Below, in pieces: positions 63,765 through 64,000 of a stretch of DNA of 64,000 nucleotides (position 1 is its first letter; each line of letters starts with the position of its first letter). The stretch lies in assembly GCA_902780495.1 (NCBI GenBank), contig CACZFM010000011.1, forward strand, positions 65,983 through 129,982, read 5' to 3'. Below the pieces are notes generated by a model. The model saw nothing but the letters and a program-made list of their open reading frames with translations. It ran no database searches and was not told the origin of the DNA. The position numbers were made by a program, and so were the translations under genes. Source of the stretch: an uncultured Bacteroidales bacterium (GTDB taxonomy: Bacteria > Bacteroidota > Bacteroidia > Bacteroidales > Paludibacteraceae).

Positions 63765-63876
63765 GGAGCAGTTACGGAAAAATGCACTTTTTTGAAAAAA
63801 AGTTGCATTTCAGGTGATAGATTTTGCCTCTTTTTTGCCTTATATATGGAGGGGTATATGTAAGAGGATGGGTAGT

Positions 63877-63983
63877 TTATTGGTAGATGGTCCCGTGATG
63901 GTCGCATTTTTACTGGTATTTTGAGGCTGCCTACCTTACTCACAGGAGTATATCTATCGTCCCGTAGGTCGCTCGTAGGGCGC
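63877..63983. repeat. modular intergenic repeat, copy E, inverted relative to A/C (M3rc 63877-63912, M4rc 63925-63943, M2rc 63953-63977)
   Basis: ttattggtagatggtcccgtgatggtcgcattttta, ggctgcctaccttactcac and tctatcgtcccgtaggtcgctcgta. Module order differs from copy A. Confidence 0.8.
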
Positions 63984-64000
63984 AGGTAAGATTGATAGGA

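Overview
This looks like a chromosomal window from a Bacteroidota organism, probably Bacteroidales and possibly Prevotella-like. The taxon call rests on protein families and on many promoters of the Bacteroidetes type: TTTG or TTG, exactly 20 nt of spacer, then TAnnTTTG. Most of the window is housekeeping. It encodes galE, manA, ddl, phosphoglucomutase, PFOR/nifJ, mutY, HU, RNase G, two GH13 amylases, nth, pth, rplY, tRNA-Gln, rlmH, gyrA, ruvX, def, mntP, murB, murA and engB. Five things stand out. (1) A tight five-gene module sits directly behind nifJ (15.65-20.58 kb). It joins a sensor PP2C/RsbW-like fusion and a STAS protein to a RelA/SpoT-type small alarmone synthetase, an APH-like kinase and a stand-alone HD alarmone hydrolase, and no sigma factor is present. 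(2) An AT-rich nine-gene glycan-decoration operon (54.6-63.3 kb) contains a kinase-like protein, a TupA-type ATP-grasp / PLP enzyme / HAD cassette, three glycosyltransferases and a LicC-LicD fusion. It has no flippase, polymerase, initiating transferase or UpxY in the window. (3) A conserved promoter-proximal leader RNA motif precedes both AT-rich accessory blocks (21.15 kb and 54.04 kb). It consists of two hairpins followed by GTAAAAAAG, and one base pair covaries between the copies. (4) A modular intergenic repeat family in at least five copies is built from pieces related to that leader. A second polypyrimidine repeat and several different 9-12 bp tandem arrays occur near these copies. (5) A 1.5-kb gene-poor stretch (8.6-10.1 kb) holds only a DUF4248 gene, hairpins and a MITE-like palindrome. 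No CRISPR array, transposase, integrase or rRNA was seen. All functional calls come from motif recognition by eye, and no database search was run.
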